A DNA stretch of 64,000 nucleotides from Chryseobacterium gleum. GTDB taxonomy: Bacteria > Bacteroidota > Bacteroidia > Flavobacteriales_D > Crocinitomicaceae. The DNA lies in assembly GCA_945888625.1 (NCBI GenBank), contig CAMDAH010000006.1:45647-109646 (forward strand). The letters are read 5' to 3'. Made by a program: the position numbers and the translations under genes. The notes under the pieces were generated by a model, which saw nothing but the letters and a program-made list of their open reading frames with translations, ran no database searches and was not told the DNA's origin. Positions 54,562 to 64,000 of this stretch are shown in pieces (position 1 is the first letter of the stretch; each line of letters opens with the position of its first letter).

Positions 54562-54640
54562 AGATTATTAGTTGAAAAATAGGGTAACCGTTGTAACTTT
54601 TAGACGTACTTTTACTTTATAACTTAGCTAATTTTTTCCT

Positions 54641-56683
54641 ATGCGTCAACTTTTACTTACAATTATCAGCTTCCTTCTTGTTATTTCCACCTCAGCGCTA
54701 AGTCAGGTTGATCCGTGCCTAAGCAACGATAAAAAACAAAAAAAGGCGCTTGAACTAATTCAACAGGAATCAAACTTTGAAAAAGCCACTTTACTATTAA
54801 AAGAGGCATTAAACACCTACCCAAACAACCCATCATTCCCCTTTCTTTACGCCAGCAGGACCTATGCATTTGCCATGGAATGTTTCAATAAATCAGAAAC
54901 AACGGAAAAAGGAGAACAAAATCTTCGCTTAGCATTTGTACTTTTTCAATTAACCCAAAAAAAATGTGCTAATTATCATGCTGATTGCTCCTATTACATT
55001 GGTTCAATTTTACTTTCGAATGGCAACAAAGAAAAAGCTGCAGTAGCATTACAAGAGTTTATAGATTTTCCACAAGATGACTTTACTCGCTTACCGAATG
55101 ATAATGAAGTAAAACGTACACAGGTTGCCAAATTCCTTAGTGATTATTTAGCCGAAAAAGCATTAGTTGAAAACCCTGTTCCTTTTGAGCCAAGATTAGT
55201 GGTTAATGTAAGTTCACGCTTAGATGAATATTTTCCCATGATTTCGCCCGATAATGACTTGCTTTTTTTCACAAGAAAAGTAGATCGATCCAATTTAGGG
55301 GACATTGATGTAAACATAAAGGAGGAGTTTTCAGTGGCTAGTAGGGATAACTATTTAGCTGATTTTTCCAGTGGGGACCCCTTACCAAAACCATTCAATG
55401 ATGGAACGTTTGTAAATTATGGCACAGCAAGTCTTTCCGTTGACAACAAAGAGATGATTATTTGTGCTTGTAAAAATGAAACCGTTTACAAGCAAAACTA
55501 CCTCAATTGTGACCTATATACCACTACCTACAAACGAAGTGGCAAAGGAGGAAATGATTTTACGTGGTCACCTCTTGTGAATATGGGGCCTGGAATTAAT
55601 ACGCCAGACGGTTGGGAAGCACAGCCATCTCTTTCAGCTGACGGCAAGTTACTATTTTACACAACACTAAGAAAAGGATCACGAGACAACGACATTTACT
55701 ATTGTGAGCGAAAAGCAGACGGTAGCTGGGGACTTGGAAAACCATTTGATGTAATTAATACGGCAGGGAAAGATAAAAGTCCTTTCTTCCACCAAGATGG
55801 CGAAACATTGTATTTCGTATCTTCAAGTACCGATCAACGAAAAGGCATTGGCGGACTAGATATTTTTTATATCCGAAAAGAAAATGGTTCGTGGACCACT
55901 CCAAAGAACATTGGTTTCCCAATTAATACTACCTCCGATGAATTGGGATTATTTGTATCTACAAATGGTAAAGTAGCCTACTACTCCAGCTATAAAGATG
56001 GTAATTGGAATATCTATTCGTTTGAACTTTATCAAGACGCCCGTCCACAGGAAGTCGTTCTCATAAAAGGTGAATTACTAGATGATAAAAATCAAGCAAT
56101 TACCGATGCGGAGGTTGAAATTACCAACCACGAAACCGGAGAAAAAACATCGTTCAAAGTAAATGGTGATGATGGAAAATACACCGCTGTAGTTAAGGTA
56201 AATAAACCCGGTGATGTGACGCTAACAGTAAAGAAAGATGGATTTGCTTTTAATGCCAAAGTAATTAAACCCGAAACGTTAAAAATCGAAACAGATCTGC
56301 CAATAAGAACAAACTATGTGCTCGAAGAACTAGAAAAAGGAAAAAAGTATAACATCAACGATATTCTATTTAGTACTGACTCGTATGAGATACCCCAGCA
56401 ATCGAAAATTATATTAGCTTGTTTTAGTGAATTTCTTAAAGAAAATAGTGAAATCAAAATAGCTATTGACGGGCATACCGATGATATTGGTGATGCAGCA
56501 GCCAATTTAACGCTTTCTTTAAACAGATCCGAAGCAGTTAAAAATTACCTTATGGATAAAGGAATTAGTGAAAACCGCCTTAAAGCGAGAGGATTTGGAG
56601 AAGCAAAACCAAAAGTGAGTAACGAGAATGAAGATAATAGAACAATTAACAGGCGAACAGAATTCGAAGTTTTAGGGGAATAA
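54641..56683 (+). CDS. OmpA-family protein with TPR-like, TolB-type beta-propeller and CarboxypepD_reg-like domains
   Basis: 680 aa. Signal peptide, PD40-like repeats (SPDNDLLFF, SADGKLLFY, DGETLYF), and a C-terminal OmpA domain (GHTDDIGD...NRRTEFEVL). Confidence 0.8.
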   Translation: MRQLLLTIISFLLVISTSALSQVDPCLSNDKKQKKALELIQQESNFEKATLLLKEALNTYPNNPSFPFLYASRTYAFAMECFNKSETTEKGEQNLRLAFVLFQLTQKKCANYHADCSYYIGSILLSNGNKEKAAVALQEFIDFPQDDFTRLPNDNEVKRTQVAKFLSDYLAEKALVENPVPFEPRLVVNVSSRLDEYFPMISPDNDLLFFTRKVDRSNLGDIDVNIKEEFSVASRDNYLADFSSGDPLPKPFNDGTFVNYGTASLSVDNKEMIICACKNETVYKQNYLNCDLYTTTYKRSGKGGNDFTWSPLVNMGPGINTPDGWEAQPSLSADGKLLFYTTLRKGSRDNDIYYCERKADGSWGLGKPFDVINTAGKDKSPFFHQDGETLYFVSSSTDQRKGIGGLDIFYIRKENGSWTTPKNIGFPINTTSDELGLFVSTNGKVAYYSSYKDGNWNIYSFELYQDARPQEVVLIKGELLDDKNQAITDAEVEITNHETGEKTSFKVNGDDGKYTAVVKVNKPGDVTLTVKKDGFAFNAKVIKPETLKIETDLPIRTNYVLEELEKGKKYNINDILFSTDSYEIPQQSKIILACFSEFLKENSEIKIAIDGHTDDIGDAAANLTLSLNRSEAVKNYLMDKGISENRLKARGFGEAKPKVSNENEDNRTINRRTEFEVLGE

Positions 56684-56705
56684 AAAAAGGGACCTTAGCC
56701 CCTTT
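56682..56705. terminator. hairpin terminator between ompA-family gene and rplS (T-run on the rplS side)
   Basis: AAAGGG-ACCTTAGC-CCCTTT hairpin. On the minus strand it is followed by T7, and on the plus strand it is preceded by A7. Confidence 0.55.
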
Positions 56706-56724
56706 CATAATATTCCAGAAATGT

Positions 56725-57081
56725 TTATTTGCTAAAATTCTTTTTTTCTCTAATTCTTGCCGATTTACCCGTTCTTTCTCGGAAATAAAATATTCTAGCC
56801 CGACGTACAGCCCCTCTTTTAACAATCGAAACAGCATCTATAAATGGCGAAGAAATTGGAAAAATACGTTCAACTCCAATGTTGCCTGACATTTTACGAA
56901 CTGTAAAGGTTTCGGTAAGCCCAGTTCCTCTACGTTGTAAAACAACACCTTGAAATTGCTGAATACGCTCTTTTAAACCTTCTTTGATTTTGTAAGATAC
57001 AATAACAGTATCACCTGCGCCAAACGTTGGGAGGTTATTTGCTGTTACTAATTCTTTTTGGATTTCACTTATAAAGTTCAT
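56725..57081 (-). CDS. rplS: 50S ribosomal protein L19
   Basis: 118 aa with PTFGAGDTVIVSYKIKEG and RRGTGLTETFTVRK. Confidence 0.95.
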   Translation of the reverse strand: MNFISEIQKELVTANNLPTFGAGDTVIVSYKIKEGLKERIQQFQGVVLQRRGTGLTETFTVRKMSGNIGVERIFPISSPFIDAVSIVKRGAVRRARIFYFRERTGKSARIREKKNFSK

Positions 57082-57255
57082 GACAATTAATTTTATCCTG
57101 TGTTAAATAGGGGTGCAATATTACAAAATAAATCTCAAAAATCAGTAAGAATCCGGTAAAAAATTAATCGACATCAAAAAACTTAGGATAGCGAACAAAA
57201 AAACGAACTAAAAAAACTAAAATTTATGACTAAAATACCTTACTAATTAAATACA

Positions 57256-57684
57256 CTAGAATATAACAGCTATGAGAATTAATACAAATAGTATCAAACC
57301 GTAAATTAAAATTAATTGCATGTTTATACCATTGAATAAGACTGCATTCAGTGAAGGAGAAGAGGTTTGTGAATTAACTTTAGGTCGCACAGTTTGCGTG
57401 TTTTGCTTAACAGCTTCTTTTTTGGGAGAAATTGATTTGTACACTTCCCAATTTAATTGGTACGATTTTCCTAAAAAAACTTGGTCGCCACTATCCAACA
57501 AAGTGTATCCTTTTAGTTTTTTTCCATTAACAAATGTGCCATTTTCGGTAGATAAATCAGTGATAAAAACATGACCACTTTCATCACTAAATAATTCTAA
57601 ATGGTTTAAATCAACATGCTCATTTTTAATGACTACATCGTTTTTAAGCGAAGTTCCAATACGAATATGAGTAGAATTTGACAT
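57256..57684 (-). CDS. FHA domain protein with C-terminal transmembrane anchor
   Basis: 142 aa. An FHA core (IRIGTSLKNDVVI...SGHVFITDLSTENGTFVNG), a polar linker, and the terminal helix MQLILIYGLILFVLILIAVIF. Confidence 0.7.
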   Translation of the reverse strand: MSNSTHIRIGTSLKNDVVIKNEHVDLNHLELFSDESGHVFITDLSTENGTFVNGKKLKGYTLLDSGDQVFLGKSYQLNWEVYKSISPKKEAVKQNTQTVRPKVNSQTSSPSLNAVLFNGINMQLILIYGLILFVLILIAVIF

Positions 57685-57744
57685 GTAAACTAGTAAACAG
57701 AATTAGTAAAAAATAACTTGCAGGCTAACTTCAACGATTATAAA

Positions 57745-57752
57745 CAAATTTA
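57745..57752 (-). promoter_or_regulatory. -7 box (TAAATTTG) upstream of the FHA gene
   Basis: Exact TAnnTTTG match 60 nt before the ATG at 57684. Confidence 0.3.
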
Positions 57753-57833
57753 GAGAAATTCAGTTAATAAAAACCTCGATTTATTTGATTAATAACCATA
57801 AACTTAAACTAATTTTAACAAATAAAATAAATC

Positions 57834-58643
57834 ATGGGTAAGGTAATAGCAATTGCAAACCAAAAAGGAGGTGTTGGTAAAACGACCACGGCAATCAATC
57901 TTGGTGGTTGTCTTGGTGTATTGGAATACAAAACTTTAATAATCGATGCAGATCCCCAAGCAAATTCGACTTCAGGAACAGGTTTTGATCCGAAAGCGGT
58001 CAGAAATATCTATGATTGTCTGGTCAACGAAATGGATCCTAAAGAGGCCATACTTAGCACTCAAAACCCAAATTTAGACATTCTTCCCTCCCATATTGAT
58101 TTAGTTGGTGCGGAATTAGAAATGATTAACTTACCCGATAGAGAGTACTTACTAGAAAAAGCGATTGCTAAAATTAAAGACGATTATGATTTTATTCTAA
58201 TTGATTGCTCTCCATCTCTTGGACTTATAACCGTAAATGCCCTTGTCGCTGCGGATTCTGTAATGATTCCGGTGCAATGCGAATACTTTGCTTTGGAAGG
58301 TTTGAGTAAACTATTAAATACCATAAAAATTGTTCAAGCAAGATTAAAACCAAACCTTGAAATCGAAGGAATGGTTTTAACCATGTACGATACGCGACTT
58401 CGTCTTGCCAATCAGGTGGTCGATGAAGTAAAGACCCATTTTCAAGAATTGGTATTTGACACCATCATCCATAGAAACACCACCCTTACAGAAGCTTCAA
58501 GTCATGGTACAACGGTTATCATGCACGATGCCAGTTCTAGGGGTACCATTAATTACCTTAATTTTGCTCGTGAGTTGTTACAGAAAAACAACTTAACTAA
58601 GATAGGTAACGAAGAAAAAATAATTGAACTTGACAATGAGTAA
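57834..58643 (+). CDS. parA: ParA/Soj chromosome-partitioning ATPase
   Basis: 269 aa with the deviant Walker A NQKGGVGKTT. Confidence 0.9.
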   Translation: MGKVIAIANQKGGVGKTTTAINLGGCLGVLEYKTLIIDADPQANSTSGTGFDPKAVRNIYDCLVNEMDPKEAILSTQNPNLDILPSHIDLVGAELEMINLPDREYLLEKAIAKIKDDYDFILIDCSPSLGLITVNALVAADSVMIPVQCEYFALEGLSKLLNTIKIVQARLKPNLEIEGMVLTMYDTRLRLANQVVDEVKTHFQELVFDTIIHRNTTLTEASSHGTTVIMHDASSRGTINYLNFARELLQKNNLTKIGNEEKIIELDNE

Positions 58644-59529
58644 CAATCCAAAAAAACAACCCGCTTTGGGTAGAGGCTTGGGAGCACTTTTAACGAATGT
58701 CGATACCGATATCACATCGCTTACAGGTGCAACGCTTGGTTCAATTTCTCTACTGCCAATTCATTCTATCGAAACAAATCCTTTCAATCCTCGCGAACAT
58801 TTCGAACAAGAGGCTTTGGAAGATTTATCTATTTCCATTCAAACGCATGGCATCATTCAGCCCTTAACGGTTAGGAAATTAGGTCGTGATAAATACCAAC
58901 TTATTTCGGGTGAAAGACGCTTCCGTGCTGCGCAACTTGCCGGCTTATCAGAGGTACCTGCCTACATTCGAATTGCAAATGATCAAGCGATGCTTGAAAT
59001 GGCACTTGTAGAAAACATTCAACGCGAGGACCTCAATGCAATTGAAGTTGGTTTATCCTACCAACGTTTAATAGAAGAATGCTCGCTTACGCAAGAACAA
59101 CTTGGCGAAAAAATCTCGAAGTCTCGTTCAAATGTAGCCAACCACCTTCGTTTATTAAAATTGCCCGTGGCAATACAAGCTGGTGTTAGAGACGGCCTGT
59201 TAACCATGGGACATGCACGTGCTTTAGTGGCAGTTTCAGATGAACCGGCACAAATGGCTTATTTTAATAAAGTGAAAGCCGAAAATTTATCGGTGCGTGA
59301 ACTTGAGCAATTACTCAAAAAAACAGGAAGTAAATCGACTTTAACGCCAACGGTGAATATGCAACCGAAACTAAACGCAGTTCAAATCGTTTTCTTGGAG
59401 GAATTACAAAAAAAGATAAATGCCGGTGTCGCTATCCAAAAGAATGGAAAAGGACAAGGAAAAGTAATTCTTCCGTTTAAGTCCGACGAAGAGTTTAAAC
59501 GCATTGTTTCACTTCTAAGTGGTGAATGA
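58636..59529 (+). CDS. parB: ParB/Spo0J partition protein
   Basis: ParB box GERRFRAA and an HTH region. The start is set to the ATG at 58636, since the track start at 58624 is TTG. Confidence 0.9.
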   Translation: MSNNPKKQPALGRGLGALLTNVDTDITSLTGATLGSISLLPIHSIETNPFNPREHFEQEALEDLSISIQTHGIIQPLTVRKLGRDKYQLISGERRFRAAQLAGLSEVPAYIRIANDQAMLEMALVENIQREDLNAIEVGLSYQRLIEECSLTQEQLGEKISKSRSNVANHLRLLKLPVAIQAGVRDGLLTMGHARALVAVSDEPAQMAYFNKVKAENLSVRELEQLLKKTGSKSTLTPTVNMQPKLNAVQIVFLEELQKKINAGVAIQKNGKGQGKVILPFKSDEEFKRIVSLLSGE

Positions 59530-60071
59530 AAAATCTTTTAATTTTATTAGGCTTAATCCCTTTTATTTGTCTTGTACAAGTACGTCCACCTGAGGAAAAA
59601 GCGGATACAAATTCCTACTACTTCAAAAAAGCGCTCATTCTTTCGGCATGTTTACCCGGCGCAGGCCAAGTTTTTAACTCGAAGAACATGACAACGGGTA
59701 GGAAAAATGCTTTTTGGAAAGTCCCATTAATATACGCAGGTCTGGGAGCAAGCGGATATTTTTTAGTTTCAAACCAACGAAAAAAAAATGAACTCAAACA
59801 AGAATATACCTTGAGACAAAGCGGACAAGGTGGGCAAGATTGGATTCAATACGATGATCAAGCTATTCTTTCCATTTACCAACAATATTTAGATTGGCGA
59901 GACCTTTCTATATTAGCTCTTGGTGCTGTATACTTGATTCAAATACTAGATGCAGGAGTTGAAGCACATTTTATCAAGTTTGATGTGAGTGATAAGTTGA
60001 GTTTTTCACTTGAACCTGCTTTAATGAACTTAAATTCTCCAGGATTTAAAATGAAAATGACTTTTCGCTAA
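59526..60071 (+). CDS. DUF5683-like membrane protein (conserved downstream of parB in Bacteroidota)
   Basis: 181 aa with a signal/TM segment, SACLPGAGQV and the hydrophobic segment LGAVYLIQILDA. The start forms an ATGA overlap with parB. Confidence 0.55.
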   Translation: MKNLLILLGLIPFICLVQVRPPEEKADTNSYYFKKALILSACLPGAGQVFNSKNMTTGRKNAFWKVPLIYAGLGASGYFLVSNQRKKNELKQEYTLRQSGQGGQDWIQYDDQAILSIYQQYLDWRDLSILALGAVYLIQILDAGVEAHFIKFDVSDKLSFSLEPALMNLNSPGFKMKMTFR

Positions 60072-60082
60072 GTTCAAAAACG

Positions 60083-60090
60083 TATTTTTG
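60083..60090 (+). promoter_or_regulatory. -7 box (TATTTTTG) upstream of dapB
   Basis: Exact TAnnTTTG match 6 nt before the ATG at 60097. The track TTG start at 60088 lies inside the box. Confidence 0.4.
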
Positions 60091-60096
60091 TCAAAC

Positions 60097-60816
60097 ATGA
60101 AAATTGCATTAATCGGTTATGGAAAAATGGGAAAAGCCATTGAAAAAATTGCTTTGGCAAAAGGCCATTCCATTAGTGTTATTGTGGACAGTCAACACGC
60201 CATTGAAACGATAAATGTTGAAGAAATTGATGTTGCAATTGAATTTACCAGGCCAGCATATGCTGTTAAACACATTCATTTTTGTTTAAGTAAACAAATT
60301 CCAATTGTAGTTGGAACAACGGCTTGGCAGAAAGATTTGTTGCAGGTTACTGAAAGTACTATAAAGCACAATGGCGCATTAATACACGCCAGCAACTTTA
60401 GTATTGGTGTGAATTTATTTTTTGAAATGAATAAAAAGCTCGCTAATTTGATGTCTACTCACACCAATTACAAGCTAAGCATTGAAGAAATTCACCATAC
60501 TCAAAAATTGGATAAGCCGAGTGGTACGGCAATAAGTCTAGCAGAGGGAATTATTGCCAACAATGTGAATTTATCGAATTGGAAATTAGCAGAACCTCAT
60601 CAATCAAACCTTGACTCAGAAATTTTAATTCATTCAATAAGAGAGGAAAACATTCCAGGTACGCACGCGATTTATTATGATTCATACGACGATAGCATTC
60701 ATTTCAAACATGTTGCACACACGAGAGATGGATTTGCACTAGGCGCATTAATCGCAGCCGAATGGATTATAAATAAAAAAGGTATTTTTACCATGCAAGA
60801 TGTTTTACATTACTAA
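60097..60816 (+). CDS. dapB: 4-hydroxy-tetrahydrodipicolinate reductase
   Basis: MKIALIGYGKMG Rossmann N-terminus and the EIHHTQKLDKPSGTA catalytic segment. Confidence 0.85.
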   Translation: MKIALIGYGKMGKAIEKIALAKGHSISVIVDSQHAIETINVEEIDVAIEFTRPAYAVKHIHFCLSKQIPIVVGTTAWQKDLLQVTESTIKHNGALIHASNFSIGVNLFFEMNKKLANLMSTHTNYKLSIEEIHHTQKLDKPSGTAISLAEGIIANNVNLSNWKLAEPHQSNLDSEILIHSIREENIPGTHAIYYDSYDDSIHFKHVAHTRDGFALGALIAAEWIINKKGIFTMQDVLHY

Positions 60817-60829
60817 AAAAATATAGGTT

Positions 60830-62683
60830 ATGAGTTTTTTGTTTTTTTATCTTTTCATTTTAGTACATCCCTATTTGGCACTTTGGTGGAAATCATTTCC
60901 AAAGGCAGGAAGAAAGCCCTGGGAAGCACTCATCCCCGGCTATAATTACTTTGTTGTATTTAAAATAACCTGTGCTAAACCATTTTGGGCTTTACTAATG
61001 CTGATCCCCGGAGTCCATTTAGTCATGCTTGCCGTTGCAAATGCGAGTTACTTAAAACGCTTTGGTTATTTTTCTTTTGTCGATACTTTGCAAGCTATAT
61101 TTTTTCCTTACCTATTAAGTTTTAAGGCGACTAATGAAAATGCAGTATTTAGTAAAGAAACCAATTGGTCGAATTCAAAAGAGGTTGAAACAAGAAAATG
61201 GAGTGATCACATTGCATTATTTCTTGCCTTACCAATTATTGGACATGTTTTAGCACTTGCAATTGGTGCTGTTTCACGCGATAAACCGGGAACTAAATCC
61301 AGGGTTAAGGAATGGGGTGACTCAATAATTTTTGCACTTGTAGCAGCTAGTATTATTAGAACTTATGTATTTGAGCCCTTCCAAATTCCAACAGGATCAA
61401 TGGAAAAAACCATGCTTGTTGGTGATTTTTTATTCGTAAACAAGTTGGCATACGGACCAAAAGTTCCGGTTACTCCCCTATCCTATCCGCTTGTACACAA
61501 TAATGTTCCATGGGTAAACATTCAATCCTATACCTTATTAGAAAAAGGAAGTTATTTTCGACTACCTGGTTTTGGTGCAGTCAACCGAAACGATGTTGTT
61601 GTTTTTAATTACCCTTCTGGCGATACCGCAATTTATGATCCGCGCGTACCTGAAGGTTTGATGGGACACGATTACCACGGCGTACTCATCTCTGAAGCCC
61701 TGTATTATTGGAGAACAGCAAAAAATGTTTCTTTTACTACTGATTCGGCGTACTTTAATTTTATGAATAAAAACGGTCAAGAATTTATTTCTAATATGAA
61801 TTACTGGAAACAAATGGCCCGTGAAGGCATGAGAAATGGAGAGACTTTTTGTCGTGGGGGCATGCCTGAAAAAGGAATCGATTACATTGAACACAAAGGA
61901 CTTATTTACAGACCCGTCGATAAAAGAGAAAATTACATTAAACGATGCGTTGGTATTCCTGGCGATTTTCTTGAAGTTAAGAGCTCAATATTGTATGTAA
62001 ATGGCAAACCTGCGTGGATAGCGCCAAACCAGTGTATTCAGTATAAAGTAATGAAAAGTAATCTTGCTTTTCCAATGCAAAATGAAATGTGTGAACGCTT
62101 TGGTCTTGAAAATGACCCAAATGGTGCTCGCACCGATTTCGAAGATCGTTATCCTGAATTCTATCTTCTTACGCTTACGCCTTCCGAAAAGAAAAAAATA
62201 GAAAAAGCTTTTCCAACTGCTAAACTAGAAATCTATATTCCAACTGACAGAGCAGATAAGTACGGAGCTAAACCAACAACTCAACAAATGATTGATAATT
62301 TAAATACTTTTCCAAAAGATATTTATATAAATAATACCATGACTGACTTTGACAAATTTCAGGTGCCAACAAAGGGACAAACCATCGCTATTTCTAAGAA
62401 TAATATCGCTTGGTACCGACGTATTATCACGGCCTACGAAGGACACATACTTCAAGAAAATAAAGACGGTACGCTACTTATTGATGGAAAAAAGGCAGTC
62501 AACTATACATTTGCCATGAACTACTACTGGCTTATGGGAGATAATCGATATAACTCAGCTGATTCAAGAGTTTGGGGGTTTGTTCCAGAAGATCATGTGG
62601 TTGGAAGAGCATCGCTTGTGTGGTTTTCCAAAAGTCCATACAAAGGAATTCGTTGGGATAGACTTTTCAAGCTGATTAAATAA
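60830..62683 (+). CDS. lepB: signal peptidase I (long Bacteroidota form with N-terminal DUF5684-like membrane module)
   Basis: 617 aa. The S26 catalytic Ser box is PTGSMEKTML. Also GDNRYNSADSRVWGFVPEDHVVGRA. Confidence 0.85.
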   Translation: MSFLFFYLFILVHPYLALWWKSFPKAGRKPWEALIPGYNYFVVFKITCAKPFWALLMLIPGVHLVMLAVANASYLKRFGYFSFVDTLQAIFFPYLLSFKATNENAVFSKETNWSNSKEVETRKWSDHIALFLALPIIGHVLALAIGAVSRDKPGTKSRVKEWGDSIIFALVAASIIRTYVFEPFQIPTGSMEKTMLVGDFLFVNKLAYGPKVPVTPLSYPLVHNNVPWVNIQSYTLLEKGSYFRLPGFGAVNRNDVVVFNYPSGDTAIYDPRVPEGLMGHDYHGVLISEALYYWRTAKNVSFTTDSAYFNFMNKNGQEFISNMNYWKQMAREGMRNGETFCRGGMPEKGIDYIEHKGLIYRPVDKRENYIKRCVGIPGDFLEVKSSILYVNGKPAWIAPNQCIQYKVMKSNLAFPMQNEMCERFGLENDPNGARTDFEDRYPEFYLLTLTPSEKKKIEKAFPTAKLEIYIPTDRADKYGAKPTTQQMIDNLNTFPKDIYINNTMTDFDKFQVPTKGQTIAISKNNIAWYRRIITAYEGHILQENKDGTLLIDGKKAVNYTFAMNYYWLMGDNRYNSADSRVWGFVPEDHVVGRASLVWFSKSPYKGIRWDRLFKLIK

Positions 62684-63282
62684 TGTCGCTTTTTCCGAGC
62701 GCGTATTTCCCTTCCATTGCCTACTTAAAATTATTAAATGAACATCCTAATGCCCAATTGGAGTCATGCGAAAACTTTGTAAAGCAAAGCATAAGAAATC
62801 GTTGTGAGATTTTAACCGCTAATGGTAAATTAAAGCTAGTTGTACCTGTAAAACACAATAAAAATAAAAAAATAAGTACGGGACAAATTCAAATTGATTA
62901 TTCCACGCGATGGCAACAGATGCACTGGCGAGCCATTCAATCGGCTTATGCACACTCCCCATACTTTGAAGCGTACGATAGCGAGATAAGCGAATGTATT
63001 TTTACAAAACACGACTTATTGATTGAAAAAAATGAGGCTATTTTAACCCTTTTATGTTGCCTTTTAGATTTATCGTTTAAAATAAACCATACGAAAACCT
63101 ATCTATCAGAAAGTAAAAATGACTATCGCATGCATGATTTTTTATCTCCTTTGAAAGAAACTAAGGTTTACCAACAAGTATTTAGCTATGAAAAACCATT
63201 TCAGGCAAACCTTTCTACACTTGACGTATTATTTAATGAAGGTCCATTTGCAAGAAATTGGATGCTCAAAGACCGAAAATAA
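62683..63282 (+). CDS. WbqC-family protein
   Basis: 199 aa. The FPSAYFPSIAYLKLL N-terminus and NRCEILTANG are typical of WbqC-like proteins, as is the position after lepB. Confidence 0.6.
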   Translation: MSLFPSAYFPSIAYLKLLNEHPNAQLESCENFVKQSIRNRCEILTANGKLKLVVPVKHNKNKKISTGQIQIDYSTRWQQMHWRAIQSAYAHSPYFEAYDSEISECIFTKHDLLIEKNEAILTLLCCLLDLSFKINHTKTYLSESKNDYRMHDFLSPLKETKVYQQVFSYEKPFQANLSTLDVLFNEGPFARNWMLKDRK

Positions 63283-64000
63283 GCGAATTTGTATCCTTAC
63301 GTTGAACTAATTTATTCCAATTTATTTTAAGGATGCTATTGTTGAGCAAATCATTATTTGAAATAAATAAATCGCCTTTAGGGTTGAACGTCATAGCCGT
63401 TGGTTGGGTAAAATGCCTATCTGCAAGAAATGCGAAATTCACCAATTCTCCGAATTGATTAAATACAGCCATCGATTTATCTACCGAAGATAGCAGGTAA
63501 ATTTCATTTGTTTTGGGGTGAATAGCAATAGCGGTAGGAAGAAACGTCAATCCGGGTATTGAATCACCATTTTCATCTATTTTAAATGAATTTATTTTAA
63601 TGTGATTTGCTTCAGCAAAAAGTTCTAAATCGGCAACATCAAAAGTAAAGAGGGGAAGTTCATTGTAATTTCTTTTGTTTAGGTTTATAGTGTAAACAGA
63701 TCGCTCCGTTGTAGGAAAGTCACTTTCTAGTACATCGCCAACGATGAACAAGCGGTGCGTAAGCGGGTGATGACATACAGCGGCGCTTTTCACAAAATTA
63801 ATTCCTTCCATAATTTTTTCAGTATGCAAAGAATCAAATGGCGCGTAAGAACGATATACCGCCATGTTGTCATCAAATAAAATTAGGCTTGAATCGACAA
63901 CCACCACATCGCGTATTTTAGATATTAAATGGATATTTAAATTAGTACCTACACTATTGGAAGCGGTATTGTACAAGACCACATTTTCTTGATTAGCCTG
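63266..64000 (-). CDS. hypothetical beta-propeller-like protein (partial; reading frame open to the window end)
   Basis: The track start at 63982 is GTG, and the frame stays open upstream to position 64000, so the true start is probably outside the window. Repeated beta-strand blades (IAIHPKTNEIYLLSS, MTFNPKGDLFISNN). Confidence 0.4.
   Translation of the reverse strand, partial: QANQENVVLYNTASNSVGTNLNIHLISKIRDVVVVDSSLILFDDNMAVYRSYAPFDSLHTEKIMEGINFVKSAAVCHHPLTHRLFIVGDVLESDFPTTERSVYTINLNKRNYNELPLFTFDVADLELFAEANHIKINSFKIDENGDSIPGLTFLPTAIAIHPKTNEIYLLSSVDKSMAVFNQFGELVNFAFLADRHFTQPTAMTFNPKGDLFISNNDLLNNSILKINWNKLVQRKDTNSLIFGL

Noticed and set aside
57193-57217. Tandem A-tract repeat GAACAAAAAAAC / GAACTAAAAAAAC between the FHA gene and rplS
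   Set aside because: It is short and low complexity. It is most simply explained as a T-rich transcript end or curved promoter-upstream DNA, not as a distinct element.
1-64000. Search for CRISPR arrays, IS elements, prophage or integrative elements, and rRNA
   Set aside because: I saw no regularly spaced direct repeats, no transposase, integrase or recombinase ORFs, and no rRNA-like sequence. The single tRNA (33302..33373) has no adjacent integrase or direct-repeat scar.

Overview
This is a 64-kb, AT-rich, densely packed chromosomal segment. The gene content points to Bacteroidota, probably a Flavobacteriia-type organism. Supporting signals are a T9SS C-terminal sorting domain cargo, a PorQ-like barrel, a TonB-dependent receptor paired with DUF4249, DUF4924/DUF4476/DUF5683 families, recurrent TAnnTTTG -7 promoter boxes, and no Shine-Dalgarno sequences. 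I support about 62 protein-coding genes and one tRNA-Glu(UUC). Most are core housekeeping genes: pheT, gatB, rpsT, rplS, sucD, purT, dapB, lepB, parAB, uvrD, lpxK, lpxH, tsaE and a CCA-adding enzyme. Many genes are joined by 1-17 nt start/stop overlaps. I found no transposase, integrase, phage genes, CRISPR array, rRNA or recognisable defence system, so this reads as core genome rather than an accessory island. No novel system can be established from sequence alone. The best candidates for unexplored biology are: (1) a VTC-type triphosphate-tunnel protein translationally coupled to a DUF4956 membrane protein; (2) a family-less cytoplasmic protein co-transcribed with an ECF-like sigma factor and divergent from a porQ-like T9SS gene; (3) an RRM protein and a nearby protein that both carry acidic tails with a shared DDDLxxF motif; (4) five genes whose -7 promoter box sits 3-4 nt from the ATG, which implies leaderless mRNAs; (5) envelope-remodelling pairs (PAP2 + ArnT-like GT, LtaS-like + DAG-kinase-like); (6) a 56-codon two-TM ORF missing from the ORF track. 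Several ORF-track starts are TTG/GTG extensions; I re-set them to downstream ATGs where promoter boxes or N-terminal motifs support that.
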